This document shows positions 11,126-22,779 of a stretch of DNA of 35,402 nt, one piece after another. The stretch is from Nemertoderma westbladi (taxonomy: Eukaryota > Animalia > Xenacoelomorpha). The position numbers and the translations under genes were made by a program. The notes beneath the pieces were generated by a model. It worked only from the letters and a program-made list of their open reading frames with translations. It was not told the DNA's origin and did not search any database. Position 1 is the stretch's first letter; each line of letters begins with the position of its first letter. The stretch spans positions 1-35,402 of the forward strand of contig JAUCBJ010005343.1 of NCBI GenBank assembly GCA_032718475.1. Direction: 5' to 3'.

Positions 11126-11769
11126 CAGAGGTGGAAAAAACCTAGGTTTTATAAAGAAAAAAAATAGGTTTAGGTTTTTTGCCTAGGTTTTTTTAAAAAC
11201 CTAAAGGTTTTTTAGTTTTTTTGAGGTTTTTTATAATAGGCCTACTGTATAGGCCTAGAGAGAGATACATAACTGTCTGACTGTATAACTTATTATGTAA
11301 TTATGATTTGAATCTATTCGATTATAGATAATGCAATAATTGAATTAATTGAATATTTAATATTTTAACCAGAATTAATTTGGTAACATTGAGGGAGAGT
11401 TGGCATATACTGATATAAAGTTTTGCAAGTTGAAGTTTTGGAGGTTTAAATGTTGTTACCTATTTTAATGAGCAACATAAACTCGATTATAATTAAATTA
11501 CTGTGTATAATTAGCACTATAACTGCAGAAATGGTTAACTGTATACTAGGACTGCTTTCAGACTGTACTGTCACTGTTAGAATCTCAAATTAGAATCTCA
11601 AACCTTAAAACAGGTTTATGATAAAGAAAAGATAAGGCAAAGGTGCCCCATTTTACAGTACATTCAGACATTAACTTAAAAAACCTAAAAAACCTATTTT
11701 TGATGAAATTTTCAAAAGTAGGTGATTTAAAAAAACCTAGGTGCTAAAAAACCTAATTTACCAGCCCTG
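11126..11769. mobile_element. hAT-type MITE with 8-bp TSD GTATTGTA
   Basis: Ends are CAGAGGTGG and CCAGCCCTG. GTATTGTA lies at 11118-11125 and 11770-11777. Subterminal AAAAACCTA / TAGGTTTTT arrays occur at both ends. Confidence 0.88.
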
Positions 11770-12385
11770 GTATTGTAGTTAATAGTATAATGTATGTGTG
11801 GATGTATAAACATGTGTGTCTTGCCTTTGTGTGTGGATTTGTTAAGTGTGTGTTAAGTAGTTTTTTGTCCTTCTGACTGTCTGAATAGTGAATACTATAT
11901 TATCTCCAATAAGCAAAAATTTTTAAATAGACTAAATAATTATCTTAGTTGTTAGTTGTCTTTTCATAAGAGTAACTGTAGTTGTGTATTGGTGGCTGAA
12001 TTAATGGGATCTCCTGTCTCAGCCACCAACCACAATATGTACTTTAATTATTTTATATATGTCGCCGGTATTATTATTGTTTTTTTTTCTGTAACTCTAT
12101 ATCATGTACCGGTCAGCCGGTACCTTAGACTTATATGTTTTATTCAGTATTATCTTGTGCATCTTGTGGAAATTGTTAATAAAGTTCAAAGTTCAACCAG
12201 TCAACGGTAAATCTATTTATTTAAAAACCTATAAAACAGTCTGACACACTGACAGCAGGACAGTACTGCAGTAGGCTAGGCAGCTAGGCCTACTGGCTGG
12301 ATGGAGGCCCCCAAACAGGAATGAGCCTAAACCTGAAACCTTCGGTCTATCTCAGTATCTGCAGATCGGTAGCGTAGGCCTACCG

Positions 12386-12781
12386 GTGTACTATCGAGTA
12401 TTTTCACTCCCCATGCGCCATGCCCCATGCAAAATCACTCACCGGTTAAAATTTCATGACAGACATGCATTGCTGACATGACTGTTTTTTTTAATTAGGC
12501 AGTTAGCGAGTTAGGGTTGAGGTCTGAGGTGAGGCTGCCACACCACACCACATAGGCCTACTACTGTACTACTGTAACCAGCTGACCAGCGAGTTTCCAA
12601 AATTGTTTCACTATTCACACAGTCTTACAGTATAAAAATCCCTGACTGGACAGCTGGAGGGCCCTGAAACCGATTAGACCTATTACAGTGACAGTATTAC
12701 AGTATTACTGGAACTGCAGTACTGCTAGGAACCGGGGGGTGATTTTGCATGGCCGCATGGGGAGTGAAAATTATGTTACAC
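12386..12781. mobile_element. Degenerate MITE with ~50-bp inverted arms
   Basis: ATTTTCACTCCCCATGCGCCATG..CAAAATCACTCACCGGTT (12400-12448) pairs with AACCGGGGGGTGATTTTGCATGGCCGCATGGGGAGTGAAAAT (12730-12771). No clear TSD, and the outer bounds are approximate. Confidence 0.65.
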
Positions 12782-13996
12782 AAATACAAATTATGTTATT
12801 GCTCTTCTAACAAGCTATAAATTGAAATCATCCTCATTTGACCAGCAGAAGTGTGTCTAGTGCGGAGTTTTTTTGGAAATTTTTATTTTATATGGCGCCA
12901 GTCTGTGTCTGCCAGTCGCCATACTGCCATAAGAAACTAATTAATACCGGGGCTGTATGCTGTACTGCAAGGCATGTAACTGTGTAATGTCAAAAATGAT
13001 CTGGGTAGGCCTATGTAATTAATTTCGGCCTACCCCAATTAATTTATTGGTGATTTTAAAATTATGGATGATTGATTGGGACAAATGTATTTACATTTAT
13101 AATTAACTTAGGCATATTTCATATTTCGATTACCGGTAATTGCTGAATTGACTGGAAGCAATTATGCCAAATTAATTGTTCATTTGCAATTTTTGAAGAA
13201 AAACCACTTTCAAGTACGGTACAACATACTACTATACTTATATAACTTTGATAATAATTATAATTTATCTAGCCCAATAGCAGAATAGAGCTTTGGAGCT
13301 ACCGGTACTAAGTCTAAAACTAATGTTGGAGTGCTAAACCGTATGCGGTGCAATCAACAAGATCAACGTTTGGTTACCGATATCAGTAAATTTATTGGCA
13401 TAATGTGAGATTATGTAAATATAATATCAATATCTATAACCTTTTTTTATAATGATTGGCTATTAATTACAATTAATTTATTGAATAATTGATGTGATTG
13501 ATTTTTTATGAGTAAGGTACGTAACTAAACCAACATTCAATATTATAATGATATATTTATTCTTTGAACTATAAAACTGTATTCTGTTAAACGAATACAG
13601 GAATAGGTCTACCGGTACCTACATCTGTACATATTTCCAAACGTTTTAAGCAGTTTATAATATAACCTCAACAATTTTGAGTAGCAGGTGGTTTCCTATA
13701 TTTATATTTTTTAGCTTGATTGACTCACTGCTATACTGGTAGGATAAAGGCCGGAAATAGTTTGGCTTTTTCACTATGAATTTATTGTTTATAGCGTATT
13801 TACTAATTAACTAATTAAATTTAAATTAAAAGTAACTAATTTATTTCAAGACAATATTAGTATCACCGTATAGAGAGTTTTATTCCACTTGTTGATGTGG
13901 AAATATCCTTAACGAGTCTTCTCTGTATTGTCAACCAACACCACAAATTAGTCTTTCTATCACTATGACTTGATTTGGGCGTTGTTTTTGTGATGG

Positions 13997-14107
13997 ATGG
14001 CTGATATGACGTCATCAAGTCCCTCTACTGATAGCATGTGCCAAAATGATAAACGGGAAGAACCGCCTGACACAGAGAAACATCCGTACCATCTCCTATT
14101 CCAAAAG
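13997..14107 (+). CDS. RGS7: R7-family RGS (RGS6/RGS7-like), first coding exon
   Basis: MADMTSSSPSTDSMCQNDKREEPPDTEKHPYHLLFQK followed by the donor GTTAGT (phase 0). HPYHLLFQK aligns with SPNMLVYRK of RGS7 and joins in frame to the next exon. Confidence 0.75.
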
Positions 14108-14935
14108 GTTAGTTATCTTATAAGTAATAATATTTTGATACTCTTAAAGAACAATTATATTGATCAACAATCTGAATAATATGATCTGTAAATATATTAG
14201 TTTACGGATTACTGCTTTGCCGTGGCGTTAGGGCGATTTGATTAAAATAACATTTGATCTATCAACTAAATGTGCGAAATCTTCAAATCTATCGAAGATT
14301 TATCGTTTCATCGGCATTACCTCTCAGCCGCTCATTTTATAAACCCACCCAATATTGTGCAATGTGATTATAATTAAGGTACCATATAATGGCCTATATT
14401 CCGTCATATATTATGAAATATGGAAGAAGGAGGTCGAAAAGCCCCCTATATAAATACGGTACGTGAAAAAATATATACATACCGGTAGGCCTACTCTTTT
14501 TTCGATTTCTACAATTAGTTTTGGGCCTACTATTAAAGAGTATCTCCTTAGTCAGACCATCGCGACTGATTCAATATATTATTGGGTCTGTTTTACTCTG
14601 GGACTGGTAGAGCAAGGCTCATTAATTCTGTCTTTTTGAGAAGTTATGGCCACAAACTGTGGTCCCAGGAGATTGGTGGTGACTACTATGTTTTACGTAT
14701 GTATTACACTTATAGCTAGCCTCTAGCGTTGATGGTTTATAATGTCTGTTAAAAAAATCTCAACTTTTGGTTCTATCTGCCTTTGGATGCTGAGAACTTT
14801 TCTACTTGAAAGCTTTATAGGATTAACATGTCAAAATCAAACAACGACAACTGTTTGGAATTATTATTGACCCACCTCTCTAACAGTGTTAGTTCTCTAA
14901 GACTCCGCCTACTATGCAAATATTTGGACGGATCC

Positions 14936-15116
14936 AAGACTTGGATGTCCTTTCCTTATTTCTCACACGTGTGTTTGTGTGTTTGTACACAAGATTTGGA
15001 TGTTGGATGTCCTTATTTCTCACATGTGTTTGTTTGTGTGTTTGTACACAAGAATTGGATGTTGGATGTACTTATTTCTCACACGTGTTTGTTTGTAAGT
15101 TCGTGTGTTTATACAC
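14936..15116 (+). repeat. Three tandem copies of a ~55-65-bp unit
   Basis: AAGA.TTGGATGT...CTTATTTCTCACACGTGT..TTGTGTGTTTGTACAC units start at 14936, 14991 and 15050. Confidence 0.85.
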
Positions 15117-15134
15117 CCAACTTCTTGCATTTGA

Positions 15135-16050
15135 TGTTGATGGCTAGTGGAAAGCTGGCCGTCCACTGAAAATGTAAAAATATTTCCAAATATGTAAAAA
15201 TATTTGAATTTGTTTGGAAAATAGCTGAGATATGGGCATTCGAAAGTTGTATGTATTTGCTGGGTGTAAATGCCGCGCCTACACCCACACCTACGAGTAC
15301 GCCGAAAATTACTGAAAATGTTCTCGAATGTTATACATGAGTTCTATAATCGTGATCAGCATCCAAAAAACCGATATACCGCAAAGAAATTAATTTTAGT
15401 GAGCCATAAAAACTTCTGGAGAAAATTGGAGATGGTTGCCAGATAGGAACCACCGCACGAAAACTAACATAGCTACTGTATGTAAACGGCGTTTGCCCTG
15501 TTGGATTACGTTTCAATTAACTTAAATTTAAACTAACTAATTAAAGAGCCCATTAAATTTTGTGGAAAGTCACGAAATCTCGGTTTTCCCAACAAATTTG
15601 GCTCAAAGATACAGATGAAATTACCAACAAAATTTCTAAAAAAAAATTTTGCCACCGATTATTATTTATATAATTTATTATTTTGTAGGGCGTAGGCGCA
15701 CCGTTTACACCCATATTTGCTTCCGCTGCAGGCCATTTATTCTATTTAATAAATTCTCAACATTCTCGAACATTGTGTTTATCTCATAAGTGGCTTGGCA
15801 ACAATGCAATGCCTACATGATAATACTAGTATATGGATATTCCTACCAAAGTAAAATGTTCTAGAACATTGTGTATTTATATTGAATATAGCCTAATAAT
15901 TGGCCTGCAGCGGAAGCAAATACATAAAGTAACTATTACTAAACATATTATACTTTAAAATGCCCATATCTCAGCTATTTCGCATCACATTCAAATATTT
16001 TTATATATTTGGAATCCATGTACGGCCAGCTTTCCACTAGTATCAACAAA
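15135..16050. mobile_element. Palindromic non-autonomous element interrupted by a second MITE
   Basis: Left arm CTAGTGGAAAGCTGGCCGT...AAATAGCTGAGATATGGGCATT...TATTTGCTTCCGCTGCAGGCCA is mirrored by TGGCCTGCAGCGGAAGCAAATA...AATGCCCATATCTCAGCTATTT...ACGGCCAGCTTTCCACTAG. Outer limits are approximate. Confidence 0.8.
15261..15713. mobile_element. MITE with TGGGTG termini and 7-bp TSD TATTTGC (hATw-like)
   Basis: TGGGTGTAAATGCCGCGCCTAC pairs with GTAGGCGCACCGTTTACACCCA. TATTTGC lies at 15254-15260 and 15714-15720. Removing it restores the arm of the host element. Confidence 0.85.
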
Positions 16051-16518
16051 TTACGATAAGTTTGAAAAATAACTACGGTGTAACTTGTGCAATATCGACG
16101 GAGACACTTTTTTAAATGTTTGTAGCTAAAGAATGAAAACAAAAATAAAAATTCTGGCTCACCCAGCAAGGAGGAGGGAGGTGAAACTAACTCTGTTTCA
16201 CATTTCATGCTATCTCATTATAGAGTCATTAAGATTTGTGGAAAAATTTGAGGGGGGGGGGGGGGGGGGGGGTCACGGGGCAGGTACGGTATCTGTTTTA
16301 CGACATTATATTCTGGGGCATGGTGTAATTGTAAATGTTTTTTGTCTTTATTCTAGAATAAATTTTATTTAGCTTTAGAAACAAGTTTGATAGTTTAAAG
16401 CTCTCCATCTTATTTCTTCATTATGCGTTATTAATAATATTCTAGAATTCTGTAAAAAAAATTTGAAGTTGAATACGGTTTTCAGATGACGGTGATTCTC
16501 ATAATAGGCCTATCTAGA

Positions 16519-16626
16519 TTACAAAGAAAGCCAACAGAGAGAACATTGCACCAGAGATGGTTAAATAGGCATTTATAACGGTTACAAAGAAAGCCAACAG
16601 AGATGGTTAAATAGGTATTTATAACG
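16519..16626 (+). repeat. Short tandem duplication
   Basis: TTACAAAGAAAGCCAACAGAGA...TGGTTAAATAGG.ATTTATAACGG occurs twice. Confidence 0.8.
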
Positions 16627-16789
16627 GCTTGTTGTAGCTAAATAGGGTAATTTGAAATTTAAAAATCCGGCTCTGCCAGCAGTAAGAAAAGTTGTCGAAC
16701 TATCTTCATATCGAATTTGGTAGCATTTGAAAAATGAAAACTAAAAATGGTTGCTGTATTAAGGGAGCTTATTATGGTTGTTCTGGACC

Positions 16790-17010
16790 GAGCAGCAGCT
16801 TAGTCTAGTGGTGGCATTCCTGTGCTTCCAATTATGGATCCCTGGTTCGATCCATAGATGGGGCAGCACTGTTTGGGCACAGTGCTTTAAAGTGTTTACT
16901 GTGGAAGATCACCCATGATGGTGGTGAACAGGCATTCCTTGGCTTAACGAGCCTAAAAGATTCTCCCATTCATTATGGTGGTTTTACTGACGGGACCCTC
17001 TAAATACAGT
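16790..17010 (+). mobile_element. tRNA-derived SINE (degenerate)
   Basis: Pol III A box TAGTCTAGTGG (16801-16811) and B box GGTTCGATCC (16844-16853) at tRNA-like spacing, with no full cloverleaf and a non-tRNA body following. The 3' end is approximate. Confidence 0.65.
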
Positions 17011-17853
17011 ATTGAAGCATTATTATTTGATTTATATTTTACTTGTGTATATATTGACCAGACCCTTATTACCACTATTAATTAACCTGCATAATCTTGT
17101 AACATGTGTTATTTTCGTTTATTGTTTTGGTTCCCACAACAGGCCTCTGTAACCTGCTCCTTTACTAACCTGCTCCTGTAAATGGCAATGGATCCGATCA
17201 ATGGGTCCGGTCAACGGGTCCGGTTAGTAACCTTTGCCTAAGGGAGATGGTGTAATCTTATACGACGTGCTATCTTTCGTTTGTTGTTTTGGCTTTGTGT
17301 AACCTTTCACCTTACTAACCGGCCTACACAGCATCATGCAAATGTAATTAGTATTTTCGTGTTTGTTCTTTGTTGTCCATTAATTTTGCTTGTGTGGGGG
17401 GGGGGGTGGGGGGGGGGGCTGTGTCAAATATATACTTCTTTTCCAACCAGTTATCCAACTCTTTGCTCTAAATACGGTGCCTTATTCGGGGAGGAGGGTG
17501 GGGGTTGTTTCAGACTATCGTTTCAGACTATCTCTACTCTACCCTCAGCAATATTAATATTTAAATATTTCCTTTCCAAACTCACTAAATCAATCAGTTC
17601 TTCTGCGAATTCTTATTAATTATTTTCTCTGTTATAATAATTAAATATTATAATGCCATCAGTGGTTTAATGTTTTTTTTAGTCTTTGACAATTTCAGGA
17701 ATTTTAGTTGCATCGTATTAACAGGATTAAGTAAAATTTTCTGTGTTTCATTGTTATTGCATCTCAATATCCAAGGTTTTAATCACATAAATTCTGTAAG
17801 CTTGTAATCCTTTAGCATAGGTTGGTCAAGGTTATGCGATTGTTCCATCCGAT

Positions 17854-17885
<32 letters not shown>

Positions 17886-18324
17886 CCCACCACCACACTC
17901 CCACAGACACCCCACCGCATACGTTACTGCGCAGCATACGAAATGTTTACCAAATTGCAGTATTACCTCCTGATTAACTGTACCTGCCATATCGCATTAC
18001 TTTAGGTGAATTGCTTATGGGTAGATTAATGCGTGATTTCTACGCATATAATACTATTGATATAATATGACATTCGAGCATCGAACTAACATTGCGGTGT
18101 GGTTTATTTATTGTATAATGTACGTAGTATTATTATTAATTGTGTGTACGTTGCAGAGTATTTAGAGTGTCACGCCACCTCTAAACGTTATTGTTTTGCA
18201 TCGATTCTGGTGAAGGGAGTGTACGACAGTCAGACATATTGTGCGGTTACGGATCAGTACTGAAGAGGAGAGGAAGGAATTATGTTTGATCGAAACAGGG
18301 GGTGGGAACTTGATGGGAATTCCA

Positions 18325-18500
18325 TCTCGGCGAATTAATATCCTAATATATGTTAAATTATCAATTAAGGGAAAGGAACAGGTTACAGTGGCACTTTACT
18401 CTAATCAAAACAATAAACAAAATTATATAACAGGTTACAGTTTTTTAGGAATATTCAGCTATTAGCTATGTCAATTTTCCTTTGGAGATGGATTTTAAAT
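18325..18500 (-). repeat. Diverged copy of the internal region of the 11-282 MITE
   Basis: AGGGAAAGGAACAGGTTACAGTGGCAC...CAAAACAATAAAC...TGGAGATGGAT matches ~880-1075 and the reverse complement of 50-240. Confidence 0.75.
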
Positions 18501-21500
18501 GCGCGAGGCGTATAATATAGTAGCAGACGTTGTGCGGGAAAGCCCGAAGCTATATGTTTGTAAAGTGGGGTCACATTCATTCTGCTCGAAAGCCACCGCC
18601 GCAGTCAAATTCTACTTGAGAAGTTTATAAACTTTTTACAGACTATATAATAGGAGTTCACTTCAGGCTGTTTCGTAAAACAGAACAATATGTTCGATCT
18701 CTTGTATTCTGGTGAAATGCAAAGAAAAGCCGTAAAGCTACACATTAATTATTATGAACTGATCTCGGGGTCTTAACCTCGAATGATAAGTTCATTTTAC
18801 CGAAAATATATATTTATCTTATATTGGTGCAACAGGACTAGGCCTATAATATCAATCACATCACGTGTGAGCTGTTATTATCCGGATAGTTAATTTTTCT
18901 TTTTTAAAATTACGCGATTTCAAAATAATAACAAACACCTCGTAAACACACCTTCACATATTCTTGTTACTCTTTACTACACAAGCATCAGTTAAACGTG
19001 ACATTCTTCCTTCAAATTTTAATCTACAAACAATTGAAATTATTTAACTGAAAACCAGTCTTAACAACTTGAAACAAATTGGATGCTTTCGGTTAGAATA
19101 CAGAATATATTTGATATCATCAAATATCAGCTCTTATTATCGGCTTCATTTATTAGTAACCTGTGTCCTCATATTAATTTATCTATCCATTTAATCGAAA
19201 TTCCCTCCTATCTATATATATTCCAAAAGGCGTTGTCACGTGAAACGCTTTTCGGCAGGGAATGTGCGTGCACACAGATTGTTGCCCACGAGACACATAG
19301 TCCAGTGTAACTCGGCTGAGCTGGATTATATTGGATTGCTCAGATTTACTAGGGCGAACCCTCCCCCCCCCCCCCCCCCCCCCTCCGGGACTATGTTTAT
19401 CGCTCAATCAGCTGCTAGTATATCTTTGCCAGGAGTGCCTGTGGGGTTGGGGGCACACTAACACTATTGCTGCGCTGCCGTTCCATTCTTCCTGGCTTGA
19501 AGGCAGAAATGGGTGCTGATCCGCGGACCGGCTTCTCTTTACCCACCCCACTCGCGTTGGATTGGCCCGTTAGCCACACCCACAAGCTCGGAGAGATTCA
19601 TCTCGCGTTTGTTATTCATACGGGGGTTTGGGGCTGGCTGCCGGAATGGTTCGGACGGCTGACCTCTGGGCACACACTGCTTTACTCTCTACCCCCCCCC
19701 CCCCCCCCCCCCCTACCTGTGCGGTGGGTGGGGTGTGTACTAATGTTATGAGTATCAATGGTATATATTGAATTGTTGAAGCCTTTGACAGGATAGGTTA
19801 TGGATTATGGAATCCTTTATAGTTTGCAGTGATGATGTATTAATATTTGTTGCTGGCGGATTTGCTCAGATATACGAATTCCATTTTTAAATAATGGCCT
19901 GAATCATCTACCTTTTACAGGGAAACTTTTATCTGTCTGCCGTCTCAAGAGGAATATAGTTCTAATGACGTCGGCCGATCTCTCATCCTCATCCATTCCT
20001 AGCGGAAAATCGACTCTGATTACGAACAGAAGTTGAACTGTATCCTGTTCTATTGACTCCTTTCCCCCAGCCTTAATTTATAATTAACATTGTCAATGCG
20101 CCAAGACGAGCTATTAATACGCTGATGTTAGGGCAGATTGTTAGGGAAGATGAGATACTCGTCTTCTTCACGTTTCTGTTACAGTTACGTTATCTTAGAT
20201 TTAGATTCGTTGCAGATCTGCTGTATCGAACCAAAATAATCCACTAATTGGTATCATATCATGAATGACGAGAGTTTTGTTGTAGTATTGGGATATATTA
20301 CATTGGCGAAAATATACATTGACTAAAAAGCTAAGAATGACTGACACAGTCATTAAATTGAATCAGCCAGAATTTAAATGGGCGTTATGTTTACCATTTT
20401 GTGGCATCTGTGCCATATCTTATTCGCGCCTTGTACACGTACTGTATTTGAAACAGCATGTAACTAATTGATTTTAGTTACCATGTCATCATAGGTTGCG
20501 GAATTATTGGGGAGTGTCTCTATGGTGGAGACGGTCCATTCCGAATTATGGAATTTATTGGGGTTGTATCTTGAATAAAATGCGTTTGTAAATTACCAAA
20601 ATGCGATGTTGATTCGAATGGTTACCTAAAAGTAACTAATGCAATCCAACTTACTCACTATTTTTGGAATTTCGGAGTGTTTTTATTGGTTATTTGATTT
20701 TATTTTATTTGGTACTTACAAATGAAAATTATCCAATTGTCTCCAGATATTCTGCCATTTTATTGAGATTTGGATTGTACGAGTTTTTATTTACACAAAC
20801 GTGGTTTTATTTCCTTTGAATATCGGTATCCCATGTTATCCCAAACTAGACTGTCATGTTAATCTGCAAATAGCACGTCCGTATGACCGACATATGAGGA
20901 GGATAATTATTTAATTCAGAAAATAAACTTGTCTTTTTCCTTATTATATTTATTTTGAGTAGCCGCTGTTTGATTGAATAGTTTAGGAAGGAACTTACAT
21001 TAGACGATATTATCTTCGTTTCTTGAATAGAATACGTCAAGTGAAGTCTCTTAGGGTATGAAAGAATTCTTCCTCCGTAATCATTATTGATGTGGAGGCG
21101 CTATAACTTTGACAACTACATCATATTTGACAAGTGAACTCATGTGTAGTAAGAACGTAGCAAATTCACTTACCAAATGAATCCTGGAAAATTTTGATGA
21201 TTTGGGTGTAACTCTTCTGACTTTGAGTGATTAAGTTATGCGATCGCTAGGTTGTTGCCGAGGTAATTATTGTGGATAATTAATTACAAGTGGACTGCGA
21301 AGTCCCACCCAAACCAGTACAGGAATGCTCGTTCAGTCGTTCATTGCTGAATTAGTTTTGGGTACAAATTAACTGTGGGTTGCATGGTGGGGATAATGTA
21401 TCTCTAGGAATGGGAGGACCCCACACACCCCTCCAACCCCACCCACACATACTCCCAGTGGTTGGTGATGATATAACTCCCTCATCCTGCGTTGTCGGTA

Positions 21501-21694
21501 TCCTATAATTGATACACAGCAGGCAGTGAGTGATAGGGAACTCATTCAATTATAATTCCATTCATTGGAAGAAGTTGTTCTTTATATAATATGTTTATAA
21601 TTTATATAGTTGCCGTTTGGTTGTTTGGATCCCCAAACTATTAAATCCGCTTATAATAATTATTGTAAAATAATTTATTTTTGTTTATTTTCAG

Positions 21695-21791
21695 ACTGAA
21701 ATGTTGATCGAGAAAATGCAGGATGAAAGTAACGGTATAGCCGTAAAGACTGCTAAGAGCTTTATGTCTAAGGTTCCTAGTGTGTTTACAG
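21695..21791 (+). CDS. RGS7: R7-family RGS exon 2 (start of DEP region)
   Basis: Acceptor TTTTCAG, then TEMLIEKMQDESNGIAVKTAKSFMSKVPSVFT-G, then donor GTAAGC (97 nt, phase 0 to 1). Compare RGS7 [33 protein letters not shown]. Confidence 0.96.
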
Positions 21792-21809
21792 GTAAGCCAC
21801 ATAGTTTGG

Positions 21810-22068
21810 CCGTTAGGCCAGGGATTGCGCACAAAGACTTATTACGACTTATTTACAGTGTGGTCCCCCCCAGAACTTTACTCCCCAGAGGAAACTCCAG
21901 TACTCATTTAGCTACCACTTAAGGATGCAAGGCAGAGAGAGATTTGCCCTGGCTAGTCCCTTCAAAGCATTCGTGCCGAAACGAAAACTGCCCTGGCCCA
22001 TGTGAGGATCGAACCCACGACCTACGGGAGATGTGAATTTAATGCAACGACTACGCCAAGGTGGGACC
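21810..22068 (-). mobile_element. tRNA-derived SINE with Nin-like central domain
   Basis: On the minus strand: A box TGGCGTAGTCG (22048-22058), B box GGTTCGATCC (22006-22015), then GCCTTGCATCCTTAAGTGGTAGCTAAATGAGTAC resembling the conserved Nin SINE domain as I recall it, and a LINE-like tail CCACACTGTAAATAAG. Confidence 0.75.
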
Positions 22069-22350
22069 GTGAGAAGAATACAAACCCATTGACAAACCCA
22101 AAACATCCTCCTTAAAGTCAAGAGAACCAGGGTGTAGTATTGTAAAATACAATAATATTACACTACAAACCTTTTAACGGGGTACTTACAGACTGTTCTT
22201 TATCTTATTTTATTGTAAAACGTAACATTGCTAACACCGTATTTATTTATTGTATAACTCGCTGTTACAGTAGTATATATATATTACATTTTATATAGCT
22301 CATTGCTGTTTCATCATGTGTGAATTAAATCTTGTAAATAATTTCTCAGT

Positions 22351-22398
22351 GTCATGGGTTACATGTCGTCATGGGTTACATGTCGTCATGGGTTACAT
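22351..22398 (+). repeat. 17-bp tandem repeat, about 3 copies
   Basis: GTCATGGGTTACATGTC repeated. Confidence 0.85.
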
Positions 22399-22779
22399 AT
22401 GGATTGTCACTGTATGGACTATGGCAACCATACAAACACAGCAAAATTTCAAATAATAGCTACACATACTATACAGTGTACACACCGGTACCGGAAAAAT
22501 TAAAATCCCAATAACTTTTGGCTGTGTAATTTAAGTTTTTTCAAAGTTAACTTCAAACATTCTCTAGATTTAAATTATAAAAACGGATTTATACTTTCTT
22601 CTATAAATAGCCTTCTTCACTGTTATTTTAGAATAAAACATACTGTACATGTAATGCGCAGTTCTGCCATCGTTTCTTATTTCGAAATATAACCTTGTAC
22701 CGTACCGGTACTTACAGTAGCCGAAGATGTCCAAAAAGACATTGATTAAGCGCAGTATGAGACACGCCTTTCAAACTCG

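Noticed and set aside
16790-16865. Functional tRNA gene (also 21995-22068)
   Set aside because: A and B boxes are present, but there is no convincing acceptor or anticodon stem and SINE bodies follow.
16986-17002. Resemblance of the SINE tail (reverse complement TAGAGGGTCCCGTCA) to the CR1 3' end at 25058-25075
   Set aside because: The match is short, gapped and in the wrong orientation for a SINE-LINE tail partnership; it may be chance.
19921-20040. Possible extra RGS exon after TTTTACAG
   Set aside because: All three frames hit stops, there is no RGS similarity, and exons 1 and 2 already join colinearly with homologues.
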